From: Octopus bimaculoides
Lineage: Eukaryota
Length of the DNA: 63,924 nt
Assembly: GCF_001194135.2 (NCBI RefSeq)
Contig: NC_068987.1
Span: 15,862,002-15,925,925 of the forward strand
Direction: 5' to 3'
Position numbers and translations under genes: made by a program. Every line of letters starts with the position of its first letter. The first letter of the stretch is position 1. Below the pieces are notes generated by a model. That model had not been told where the DNA came from and ran no database searches. It saw only the letters and a list, made by a program, of their open reading frames with translations. This document shows, one piece after another, positions 51,012 to 63,924 of the stretch.

Positions 51012-53125
51012 CACGTTTGTATGTTTATGAATATGAGAGTAGTTCGGTGGGTGATTATATTATGTATATTTTTGTACGTGTATATGTCTATATGTGTATA
51101 TGACTGCAGGTGTGTGTACATATATATATATATGTATATATATATAATGTGTCTGTGTGTGTCTAAATCTATGTGTATGTTAAGAACAAACTGAAAGATG
51201 GAGTTTTAAACAATGGGAAAGTAGATAAGCAATATTTTAAAATAGAATTTTGTTACCGTTCTGTTATTCTCATCGGTTTAGTAATGGAGTGTCGTTTGTG
51301 TTGTAAATTCTGGTTTTAAAAAATGCTGGTCTCCATCGTCATGAAACCGTAGGTACCAGAACGGTATCAAAGATTTCATTCAAACGTTGACGTACGTACA
51401 TACATGTATATATATTGGCAACCCTAACCCAACGTCCCTGTTTCTTTTCTATATCTACGTTCCCTTCTGTTTACCTTCTGGGATATGGTATCGTGAGAGC
51501 ATCTTCTGTCACCTTGTCACCACCATAATTTACTTCACATTCTGCTACTTCCCTCTATCTACCCCTGTAAAATGTGAGGTAGACATGAACCTCCACTACA
51601 ATAAATCTGTTCCTGCCTCTTCCGTTAACACCTTGCGTACACTGACCACTCTACTATCCTTTGTCTCTCATTTGAGGGCACTCTCTTTAGCTACAAGGTG
51701 ACAACACTAGCTGTGGTGCCATGAAAACACATAGGACACTCTGTAAAGAGGTTAGCATTAGGAAAGAGACCCAGCCATAGACACCATGTCAATAAGTATA
51801 TATATGTGTATACATACGTATTAGTCTGAATCTCTATATATATATTTATTTATTTAACGTCCGCTTTACATGCTAGCATGGGTTAGACGGTTTGAATGGA
51901 ACTGGTAAGCTGGAGAGCTGCATCAGGTTCCAGTCTTCGGCTTGGTTTCTACGGCTGGATGATCTTCCTGACACCAAACACTCCGAGAGTGTAGTGGGTG
52001 CTTTTTTATATGTTACCGGCACTGATGCTTTTATGTGTCACTGGCATAGGTGCTTTTACATATACATGTGTGTGTGTGTGTGTGTTTGCTGTATGGTTAA
52101 CAAGTTTGCTTTCCGATTGCATAGTTTTGGGTTCAGTTCCATTGTATGGTACCTTGGGCAAATATCTTCTATTGCTTTAGGCTGACCAAATTCTTCTGAG
52201 AGGGCTGAAAGAAATGTGTGTTTATATAAGTTTATGTGTCTGTAATAATAGCGTGTGTGTGTGTGTCACCATTGAGTCATGTCTTTCATTTCCAATCTTC
52301 TGTGTAAATATGTCTGGCCAAGGAGAAATATTGCTTTCCTTGGAAACACATGAGGATTGGTAACAAGGGCATGAGGCTGTCGAAAATCTGCCTCATTGAA
52401 GTCTGTCTACACAATGCAATCATGAGAAAGTGGATGTAAAGACAATGTGTGTGTGTGTGTGTGTATATATATATTAGTATACATACATACATACACAAAC
52501 ACATACACTGGTAGGTGTGTGTATATATATGTATATACATATTGTATGCATATAAATATATGTATATGCATATATGTATGTACATTTATACACCCACATA
52601 TATATAAACATGTTTATATATGTATATATATATGTGTGTGTGTATATATATATATATGCATGTATATATATATATACTTTTCATACTTTTGTGAGCCTAA
52701 TCACCCAGCCATCCTTGTTTCTATTCCTATTCTTTCTTTATCCACCTTGTACCTTAAGGGTGTGCTCTGACACCTCTCTACTAACCTTTCTCTCTTGTGG
52801 GGATGGCCATGTGTCTCTACAACAACAAGGTACCTGTTCCTGACTCTTTGTCATACTTTTAACCTCTTAACATCTGGCATAAAGTCACTTCCTTCAGTAC
52901 TGCACTCTCCACTCTGTCAAGGGGTTTTGTCTTGAGAGATATTTGGTGACCTTACTTGTTCTGGTGCCACAAAGGTGCACCCTCTATACTCAGTGAATTG
53001 GTTGAAAATAGTAAGGGCGTTCAACTGTAGAAAGCATGCCCAAACGGATATCAGAGTTGAATGCAGTCTTTTGGCTCGTCAGATCGTGTCAAACAGTCCA
53101 ATCCACACTGGCATACATGTGTGTG

Positions 53126-53179
<54 letters not shown>

Positions 53180-53916
53180 TACATTTATGCATAAGCTTGT
53201 TGCTGTTGTACAAGTGGCATCCTTTGTTTTCAGTCTTTCATGAAAACATGTCTTGGCAAGGAATAATATTACATAGCTTGGTGGCAGGAAGGACGGCTAG
53301 GTATGGAATATCTGCCTCAACAAATGCCATCTGTCCCATCCATACAAGCAGGGAAAAGTTGATGTTAGAACTTTGTTAATGATGCATGTGTATGTATGCA
53401 CATTGTATTTATTTGTGTATGAGTTGCACTCAAAATTTTGTGCTAAATCGGTACAAAATTTTTTCCCTTCATAGTTTTGGCTTTGATACTTGTACCTCAG
53501 TTTTTTTCAGTTAGAATTAGTTTAGAATGGTATGACTTGTACACAAGTTAATACAGTATGTATGGATATACATATGTGCGAACAAATATGTGTGGGTGTA
53601 TATACAACTATATATATATATTTGTAAATACAACTATATATATATATGTATACACACAACTCTGTGTGTATATATATTCATGCATGTATATATTTCATAT
53701 TTGTATGTGTTACAACTATGTATGTGTATTTATATTCCATGTGTATGTATGTAGATGTAGGCATGACTGTGGTTAACAAGTTAGCTTCACAACCGTGTTT
53801 TCTTGTTCAGACTTTTAGTCTGCATCCGAGACAAATGTCTTGAAACATTTCCCTGGCCTACCTATATGTTCTGCGTGATTTTTGTTGACAGAGACTATTG
53901 GAATTTCATTGTGTAT

Positions 53917-53971
<55 letters not shown>

Positions 53972-55648
53972 ATGTGCATGACTGAATGTGTATGAATGTT
54001 TCACTCGAGTGAAAGACTGATGTTTACATTCCTTGTTGACATTTTGGTCAGTCATGATGACTTTTCAAAGACATGTAGAATAATAAATCCTTTACTTGAA
54101 GAACATGTAATGGTTGGCACGAGGAAAAGTATCAAGCCATAAAACCATGCCATATATAAGCCCCCATCCAACCCATGCTATTACAGTAAAGCAGATGTCT
54201 AAATGGGTTAATATAGATATATTTGATATGTGTGTGTGTGTATTTATGTATATGGATCTATCATAAATGCATGCGTGTGTGTGTGTGGACATATATATTA
54301 TGTAGTGCTTGAAAAGTAGATGCTGCTGTTGAAATTCTTCATGATAGAGTTTAAAGATAATTTCACATGCATTAGTCTGTGGACACAGGACACTTACACA
54401 GACTCAACTTGTTAATCATGAAAGGTCATAGCAATAGACCAATATGTAATGTTAATATGCACACAGCTCCAGTAGCACCAACAGAGCGCTATTGTCCTCT
54501 ATGTACAAGGGTATGCTCATCTACTGCTGAGCTAAAATCCATTTTGGATGGATGCCAAAGGGCAGAATTACTGTTAGTGTGATTCCTGACCAAATTATGT
54601 GCATATTATTTTATTAAAAGATTAAAAACAAATTAGGGCCTAGTTTTGTTTTCTGTGGGTCTGTGTTAGAAATATTATCAAACCTGTTATAGGCTTATGC
54701 CTGCAATGAAGTGGTGGTTATGCTTGAAATAGGATTGATGATTCTTTTCTACTCTAGGCACAAGGCCCAAAATTTTTGGGGAGGGGGCCAGTCCATTGCA
54801 TCGACCCCAGTATGCAATTGGTACTTAATTTATTGACCCGAAAGGATGAAAAGCAAAGTAGACCTCAGCGGAATTTGAACTCAGAATGTAAACACAAATG
54901 AAATATCGCTAAGCATTTTGCCCGGCATGCTAACGTTTCTGCCAGCTCGCCACCTTAATGGGGTTGATGATTGTCATAGGAGTGTGTGTGTACACTACAT
55001 ACATCATCATTTCTTTGTCTGCTTTTCTGTGCTAGCACAGGCTGGCTATTTTGTCACAAATCAAGTGGATTCCTATACAGGTCATACATTGCTTGTGCTT
55101 CCCATTATTTTAAGGGATGAGGGGCAGGGATTCTACAGATGGGTACCTTTTCTATTACAAATCAGTTTTAGTTTATTGGGTGCATTTACTGTATGTTATT
55201 TCTACTTGTTTTTTTGGTCCAGTAATAGAAAGTTTCCTTAGCTCCAGCAAGATAAAGCATGACCTGTCTTTGCATTGTTCCCTTAAGTTTCTCTCTTTGT
55301 TGCCTACACAAGTGGTAGGGATCAGAGAGCCAGAGTGGGGCCATAATAGAAAAGTGAAAGAAAAACTTCACAGTGTTAGGAGTAAGAGACAGGTACATGA
55401 TGGATTGCTGGTAAGGATTTTGATCAGCAACAGCATCAGGTGTATGGGAGGTGACAATATGGTAAGAAGTTGATAGACAAAGGAGTGTTGACAGAGAGAA
55501 AGAGAGATAGATACCAATGTTAAGTGGTAGAGGGGTAATATCATACAGAATGAGGGTTAGGAATTAAGGTTGGTGGTGACAAGAGATGGGTGTCAATAAG
55601 GAGTGATAAAGAAGAGAATAGCAATGTATCAAGTCATATGCACATGTA

Positions 55649-55680
<32 letters not shown>

Positions 55681-58670
55681 AAATACATGGGCATTAGGAG
55701 TGTAAGTTGCGCTTGAATCCCCCCCCCCCNNNNNNNNNNNNNNNNNNNNNNNNNNNNCCATAAAAAAAAAGAAGATAGTAATCAGGCAGTGCATGGAGAA
55801 AAGCATGTAAAAATAAATATGTTGATGCTCATACACATATATATATGCTCACATAGACACTCGTGTGTGTGTGTATACATATATATATATATATCTATAA
55901 CTAAACAATGGTTCACTTTTGCATTACTAAAAACTTCGCACACATTTGAAGTACATCTAATCATTCAGACACATTTCATGAATGTGTTTGTAAGGTTACT
56001 TCTTATTGGTCCAAGTAGGTTGTGAGGATGAAGTTGCTCTTGGCCCTGCAGAATGCTATGGGAGACTACCTGAGCGAGATATATGCTGTCAATGAATATA
56101 CCTGACCAAGATATATTCATTGATAAGGAAGTCTGCTATGTGGCTGAGGAGGTAAGCAATGTCCAGATATGGTGGCAGTTGGCTAACTTTTTAAATTTTC
56201 TATTGAAATGTACTGCAGTCTGTTTCACATCTAGTACTTTTCAGATAAGCAAAGCCTACTGTTATATAAAATATTAGAATATGGATTAACATTGTCAGAA
56301 ATATTCTAAGTTATTGTTGAGTGGTAATGTCTTTGGTCACTGGATTTCCAGATGAGTTGAGACAATGAAATAGGAGTTTCTCTGTTTTTTTTACATTTGA
56401 AGGAATACAGCTGTTGATTGTGACATACTTTAAAGTGCTTAGTTATGATCCCTGTGTAGCTTCTTTGTGTACTATTTACTGATGTTCAGTATATTATCCT
56501 TTTGAAGAGGCAAGATTCCTTCAGCTGGCATGTGAATTGATTTTGACAATTGCAAAATGGTTGATGGTATAGCTGTGTAGATGTATGTTTCCAATTATGA
56601 AATTTGATGATGGAAGCAGTGTTATCAAGGCAAGAATGATTAACCTTAATATTGTGTGCATTAAAGAGCTTATGAAATTTCTTTCTTTGTGTAAATTGAC
56701 AGATTACAAAAGAGAAGAAATACTAGGCTATGTTTATAGAGACATCTACATGATGATAGGGTTTAACCGGATTATTTTCTCCTTAATCTTCTGATTTTGA
56801 AGTGATAGTGGGGATTGTTTATGTAAACTTGCTTCATACTGAAGCTGCTCTTGGTTAGCTCTTGGAAATTTGCTTTACCTGAGAAAAGGTTAGTCACCTA
56901 TTTATATCAGTTATTAAATTTTTAATTGCTGCTGGAATGTGGTTTGGACTTTTGTGGATCTATTCTATCAGCTCAGTCGTCTTACTATAGTAAATGTGCT
57001 TATCTTTTTTGCGATCTTATGTATTATCTAGAAAGTTTGGTATCATTAGTTTTGTATTAATAATTTTATTTAAACCTTGAATATGCCTAAAAGGTACCCT
57101 CCAAAATCATCATCATTTGACATCCACTCTGACAGTAGACCTCATTTTGTTCCAGTGTTTCAGTTTTAGCATAGTTTTTAGGCACTGTACAAAGTATGTT
57201 GGGTGGTTTTTATTTAGCATCAACACTAGAGATGTTGTGATGTAACTTTCAAGACCATCTCTGTGTGTGCATGAAGGTGCATGGCCTGATGGTTGATGTG
57301 TTGCACTTAGGATTGCAAGATTGTTGTTTTGATTCCCCAACTGACTGTATTTCCAACTGGCTGTATGCTGTGTTATTGAGCAAAACACTTCATTTCAGGT
57401 TACTCCAGTCTACTCAGCTGGAAATGGGTAACCCTGCATTGGACTGGTTTTCCATTTAGGGGCAATGTTGGCCTGGTTGCCTGACAAGCCAGCAGTATGG
57501 CATTATTCAAAAGTCACAACAATGTGAAGAAGTGCATTGTGACCAGTGGTATATAACAGTATCCAATAGTCTGGTCAATACAGGTTTTATATATATATAT
57601 GTATATCCCCATAACTATACACACATACATGTGTATATATACATATTAGTCCTGTCAAACATATCAGCATGAAAAAATATATGTAAGAATGAAGATGTGA
57701 TATACACACACTTATAGACACACACACACTCTTAGTAAAAAATTAACCTGTCAGTTTCAATGATGAGTTTTCAATAAGATGAGCTGAAACCTGCTCATTG
57801 AATTAATGCGTAAGTGCCTGAGTATTCCACAGGCACAGGTAGTCTTAATGCAATTCCCTGGCAGAATCAGCATGACATGGTGTATGACAAGGCCAGAACT
57901 TTGAATACTAATAGAATCCATCCAACGGGCTTCCACACAGTTTCTGTCTACTGAGTTTTTTTACTCACAAAAGCTTGGGTTCAACCAAGATACTTGGCCA
58001 AGGTGCTACACCAAATATGGGACCTTGTGATGCCCTCCTTCTCATGTTTGAGGAAGACCATCATCATTTAATGTTCATTTTTCCATGCATTTATGGGTTG
58101 GATGGAGTTGTTTTGAATGGTTAAAAAAGAAAATGAATGCAAGTAGTACGTGTGCAGAACACTAGATCCAGTAAAGCTTATACCACACCTGATAGGTAAA
58201 GTATATGTGTGTGTATATATATACATATATATATTCTTTTACTTGTTCCAGTTATTTGACTACGGGCATGCTGGAGCACCGCCTTTAGTCAAACAATTCG
58301 ACCCCAGGACTTATTCTTTGTCTCTTTTGCCAACACCACTAAGTTATGGCGACGTAAACACACCAACATCGGTTGTCAAGTGATGGTGGTGGTGGGGAAA
58401 CACACATATATATGTATATATGTATGTATGTATACACACACACATGCATGCATACAAAAATAGACATATATTTATTATTCTTTAACAAGAATATTATTGA
58501 CAGTGACTTCGAAGCTTCAGCTAGTTATGCCATCATTGGACTGGCCGAAACCTCAAAATCACTATTGATAATATTCTTGCTTAAGTATAGTAAATTTGTA
58601 CTCTACAAAAGTATAGGCTAACAAATTGGTTTTATTATAACTGAACATAAAACAAACATTAACATATGTA

Positions 58671-58724
<54 letters not shown>

Positions 58725-59275
58725 TACACACTCACGTATACATATATACATTCTCAATGTTTTAATGTCTGATTCTTCATGCTTGAGGCAGATTTCCAGT
58801 TACTGGATTGAATGTCCTTCTTGTTGCTAACTTATGCCTGTTTCCAAGAAAAGTAATATTTCCTCGTGATCCAGCATGCTTCTCTGGAGAATTGGAAATG
58901 AATGGCACCACTTGTATGATGATGATGCTCATCTACAACTATTGTGCAATGTCAAGGCAAGGAGACCCACACATACACACACATGATGGGATTCTTTCAG
59001 TTTCCAAATCTGCTCGCAAGGCTTTTGCTGGCCTGGTGCTATAGTAGAAAACACTTGCCCAAAGTATCTGAAAGTGGGATTGAAACTGAAACCATGTAGT
59101 TGGGAAGTGAACTTCTTAATCACACAGCCAAGCTTGCTTGATGGGGCTGGGGTCATCCCGGGTTAGTGGTCCCAGAGACGTCATTATGTGTAGAGCTGAC
59201 CAGGCCCATCAGTGCTCTCCATTGCTGATGGTGTGTGTGTGTGTGTCTATGTATGTATGTATGTATGTATGTATG

Positions 59276-59328
<53 letters not shown>

Positions 59329-59571
59329 NNNNNNNNNNNNNNNNNNNNNNNNNNNNNNNNNNNNNNNNNNNNNNNNNNNNNNNNNNNNNNNNNNNNNNNN
59401 NNNNNNNNNNNNNNNNNNNNNNNNNNNNNNNNNNNNNNNNNNNNNNNNNNNNNNNNNNNNNNNNNNNNNNNNNNNNNNNNNNNNNNNNNNNNNNNNNNNN
59501 NNNNNNNNNNNNNNNNNNNNNNNNNNNNNNNNNNNNNNNNNNNNNNNNNNNNNNNNNNNNNNNNNNNNNNN

Positions 59572-59616
<45 letters not shown>

Positions 59617-60753
59617 TTACAATGAATTTGGAAACTGAAAGAATCCCATCATGTGTGTATGTGTGGGTTTCCTTGTCTCGATCTTGACATTGCACAATAG
59701 TTGTAGATGAGTGTCATCATCATACAAGCTATGAAACTTTCTGTTGTATAAATACAACCTAGTCACCAATAACAATCATGCAGTTGTAGCAAAACTGTGT
59801 CTGGTTGCAGTTCTGCAACAGAATGTTGACACCTAATGAATGTTAATTTAAAGGGAATTTAACAGTTTTGTGTGGTTGCTTCTCTTTTAGTACATTGTCT
59901 CGAATCAACATGTTTGAGAAGTACATCTTTGAAATATATATCATCATTGTCATCATTTGACGCCCATTCTCCATGCTAGCATGGGTTGGATGGTTCCACA
60001 GGAACTGGCAGGTCAGAAGACTCCACCAATCCTTGCTGTCTACTTTGGCATGGTTTCTACTACTGGATGCTCTTCCTAACATGCACATATGCTTACATGT
60101 ATCTTAATTTTTTATTTTTGTGTGTGTATATCTGTCTATATATCTATCTTTATACACACACACTCACATGCACTGTGTAATGGTGTTAGGACAGGCATCC
60201 AGTTGTGGAAACCATGCCAAAGCAGACATTAGAACTTGGTATAGTGAGGAAATGACTCCATGTCAAGATCAGCTGGTTCTCATTCATGTTGTCCATTATG
60301 CTCAGAAAATAGCAGCTTTCAACAAGTCCTTGATATTGTGGTGGGCTGTCATTTAGTCTCCCTCTCTCTCTCTTGAGGATGTCCAAGATATACTATCTGA
60401 GCATTCTGAATTGGGAATTCTAGAAGATTCCTTTGAAAATTCTTGGTCAGCCACTCTTGGGTTGGGAAGGTTATATGAAAGGGAACTGAGTCCTGGTGGA
60501 ATATATATAGCCTTCTTGTGCCACCTTTTCAATCGAAAACTTGACCACCATGTACAGCAGCTCAATATAAGCTCTACAGGAAAAAATCAGGAAGTATGAC
60601 ATGGTCTACATAGTGCTCTGAGTCCAGGATTATTAGAAATGATGGCATCTTAATGTATATTATAATGATACCTTTTCGCCATTTGGTACTGGATGATGTT
60701 TTTCTCATTGAAGTACATCCAGAGCGTAAATGGATTATTTCTTTGGCTGCTTG

Positions 60754-61423
60754 GGATCTTGTTCAAAACGGGGGCTCCAGTTTTCATTAATGTTTTATGT
60801 AGTGTTTTTGGTACCGAAAGACTTTCAAACTTCGTATACTTATCTATTTTGTGTTATAGAATAGAAAAAAAATTTTTCTATTCGAATTTATTTCAAGTAA
60901 AAAATTGTCTTATTTCGATAATTTCAACCAATCACTGACAAGTATTCAGCTGTTTATACTTACTCCTTTGGCAGTTTAAGCGGTGTAAAGCGTATTTAAT
61001 CTCCATTTATAATTTCGTTAACATCTGCCTGAACTGTATGTGTACATTTGCTTTTTTCATTTTCTTTCACGCGTGTTTATTTCGTTAACATCTGCCTGAA
61101 CTGTATGAAAGGTTTATTAGCTACTGCCTAACCCTACTGCCAATATGCTTCAGCCATTTTTTGACAAGGAAATAATAATTTTATCACCGCCAGAATCGTT
61201 TGTTTACGTAGTCAGCACTTAATGTATTCGACTGAATGGACGTCAGTCATTGGTTGAAATTACAGAAATACGACAACTTTAACATGAAATAACTTGCGAT
61301 GTACGTTTTTTTGTTAAGAAGACTAAGAGAAAAAGATGTTTTATTTGACACATTCTACTAGTGTCCCAAGTTTCAAAGTGTTTCGTTAAGAAAATACTGG
61401 TGCCCCCGTTTTGAACATGATCC
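60754..61423. mobile_element. MITE with 27-bp terminal inverted repeats and inner inverted and direct repeats
   Basis: GGATCTTGTTCAAAACGGGGGCTCCAG (60754-60780) versus the reverse complement of 61397-61423 (25/27); 29-bp direct repeat atttcgttaacatctgcctgaactgtatg inside. Confidence 0.75.
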
Positions 61424-62695
61424 GCTGCTTGAGTTTGTTTGTACAATTTTCTCTGGGCTTTCCGTATATGAACTGCTCTGTCCTCAACATGTAAAACTTT
61501 ATGTTTCTCTGCATCATATGTCTCGTAGAAGTCTTTGTAATCTAGAGCTGCTCGTTAATAGCTCTTCTCAACTAGATGGGGTTGTCCTTGACGATGTTCT
61601 AGAATTGCTGTCTTTATGGCGTCTGACTACTGAAACTATGTCTTTCTTACGACCATGGATGACATATAGCTACTATAGCCCTCTAGCTCTTTCCTGATAC
61701 TGAATATAGAGGAACGAACTGGCTATGTTCCAGAAACTAGTGATCTCTTAGTTACTGTGGCTGGTTGCTAAATACAGGAGTGTGACATGCGCTTTTCATT
61801 TGCCGTGTCAGATAGGAATCTTGCCATATCATGTCGATTACATTAGGTCATCATCGTCCATTTTTGGCCTGCTCAACTTGTGTTCTATTATGAATGGCAC
61901 ACGCTATATATATATGTGTATGTACATATTTATTAATGAATGGATATATGTGTGTTTTATATATGTATGCGCGCATATGTGTGTTGATATGTATGTGTGT
62001 ATATGTATAAATGAATGTATGTAACTTGTACATAACGGAAACGTTTCTTTTAAACATCTTAGACTTAAAGACGGTTGTTTTCTCTCTTCTTAGGGATTTC
62101 ATCAACTTAGCAAAACGCTTGCATCACTCACCATCACTGGATTATGATGCTACTCAAATAATCCTCCATTGGTGGATAATATAATTAAACATTATTATTA
62201 TTATTGATGATAATAATAATAATAATAATAATGATTTCTTTATTAACCACAAAGGTTTCGTATACTACAGAACCAGTTTTCTAAGCATTGGCCTTTCAAT
62301 ATATTTTTGTATACTGTCATTGTTATTGAAGTTCGTATTTTCGGTACAACCAATAGAAAGTACTAAGATACCAAAGTGAAGGCTCAAATTTCCAACGAAG
62401 GTACTTGTTGTAGTGGGAGTGAATACACATACAGTACACGTACGCAACTATAAACAACATTGTACGCGTGTACCCGCACACAAACGTATATATGAATTAC
62501 ACACACATTCATAAATTACATGTATATGTATGTATAAATTATATTTGTTATAGGCCTGAAATTATATATATAATATATAGTTGACTATATATATAATATA
62601 ATTGACTATATATATATATATATATATACATATAGATATGACTATATATATATATATATACCCTATATACAGATATAATATATATATATATATGG

Positions 62696-62749
<54 letters not shown>

Positions 62750-63924
62750 TCAAAGAGAGAGATTGATTATGGGTATGTATATAGACTACCGGCTTTAGTG
62801 TGTGTGTGTGTGTGTGTATGTATANNNNNNNNNNNNNNNNNNNNNNNNNNNNNNNNNNNNNNNNNNNNNNNNNNNNNNNNNNNNNNNNNNNNNNNNNNNN
62901 NNNNNNNNNNNNNNNNNNNNNNNNNNNNNNNNNNNNNNNNNNNNNNNNNNNNNNNNNNNNNNNNNNNNNNNNNNNNNNNNNNNNNNNNNNNNNNNNNNNN
63001 NNNNNNNNNNNNNNNNNNNNNNNNNNNNNNNNNNNNNNNNNNNNNNNNNNNNNNNNNNNNNNNNNNNNNNNNNNNNNNNNNNNNNNNNNNNNNNNNNNNN
63101 NNNNNNNNNNNNNNNNNNNNNNNNNNNNNNNNNNNNNNNNNNNNNNNNNNNNNNNNNNNNNNNNNNNNNNNNNNNNNNNNNNNNNNNNNNNNNNNNNNNN
63201 TATATATATATATATATATACATACATACAAAGCAGCTGAAATGTTGTGTGTATGTATGTATGTATGTATGTATGATTTACATAGGGTATGACGCATCGA
63301 ATTTATTGGTGGTGGTGGTGGTGGAAGGCGGGAGGTCGTGACAACCATGCATTTCACTAGGACTGGTTGATAGCGAGTCTAACCAGAAATTGAGAACAGA
63401 TCACGGTACAGACAATAATTCACCAGATATATATATTAGCGCAACTATTTGATTATAATGTTTCAGCACGCTTACATATATCCATGTCTGTGTGTATTTA
63501 TGTATATATATTTTTTTAACCATGTATAAGCATAAGCGTCACATGAGAACAATCTGCTCATTTTTGTTACGCCGACACACTGCCCACGTTACGCATACAC
63601 CTTTACATACGCATGTCTCCCATCACTATGAAATACATATATATATATACATGTCAATATTTGTGTATACATGTATGTAGATGTGTATGTAGGGATATAT
63701 AAATATCTGTATCTTCATGTGAATATATGTGTGTATATGAACTGGAACAAACGAATACAATGCACGAACGTCGTTAAATATTCAAGTGAAAGAAACAACA
63801 ATACGTCAGATATGAATTTTTAATAATGTTTCTTATGTACAAAACATGTAATTGTATATAAAAGAAACATTTATCTTTCAAGGCCCCTACTATGTTTGAC
63901 ATGCACCCTAAGATGCTCATTTTA

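Noticed and set aside
54379-54582. ORF with CPLCTRVC motif
   Set aside because: Resembles the C-terminal Cys/His finger of RTE-type LINE ORF2; no splice context and no ASXL similarity
56083-56160. Short ORF ending at a GTAAGC donor-like site within the ASXL intron
   Set aside because: Does not encode the expected HARE-HTH continuation and lacks a convincing acceptor
30741-63357. Long ORF-track entries rich in HT, IY, CV or X (e.g. 30741..31445, 32956..33456, 59138..59695, 62718..63357)
   Set aside because: Translations of (CA)n/(TA)n microsatellites, SINEs or N gaps; not genes

Overview
AT-rich, microsatellite- and SINE-dense animal genomic DNA with four assembly gaps. The repeat families look like octopus (coleoid cephalopod); this is inferred from pattern recognition only. 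(1) A complete mucolipin/TRPML channel gene on + is built by hand from 13 GT-AG exons (13668-37392, 588 aa from ATG 13670). A candidate in-phase upstream coding exon at 4150-4183 would make it 600 aa. (2) A spliced gene on - that I cannot name is not visible as a unit in the ORF track. It has five well-linked exons at 1572-3540 (ubiquitin-like pattern) and three Cys-rich candidate 5' exons at 7047-7811. All eight join in one frame with exactly two in-frame stops: a TAA at an exon end and a TGA in a CxxU-like context. This gene appears interleaved with the mucolipin 5' end. (3) The first coding exon of an ASXL/Asx homologue is on + at 50273-50347; its intron runs past the window end. The rest is tRNA-derived SINEs, RTE and CR1/L2-like LINE remnants, mariner and TTAA-type MITEs, a Helentron-like element with a tandem array, and several long inverted repeats. 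These include a 90-bp near-perfect hairpin downstream of mucolipin and tandem hammerhead-like cores inside an inverted repeat.
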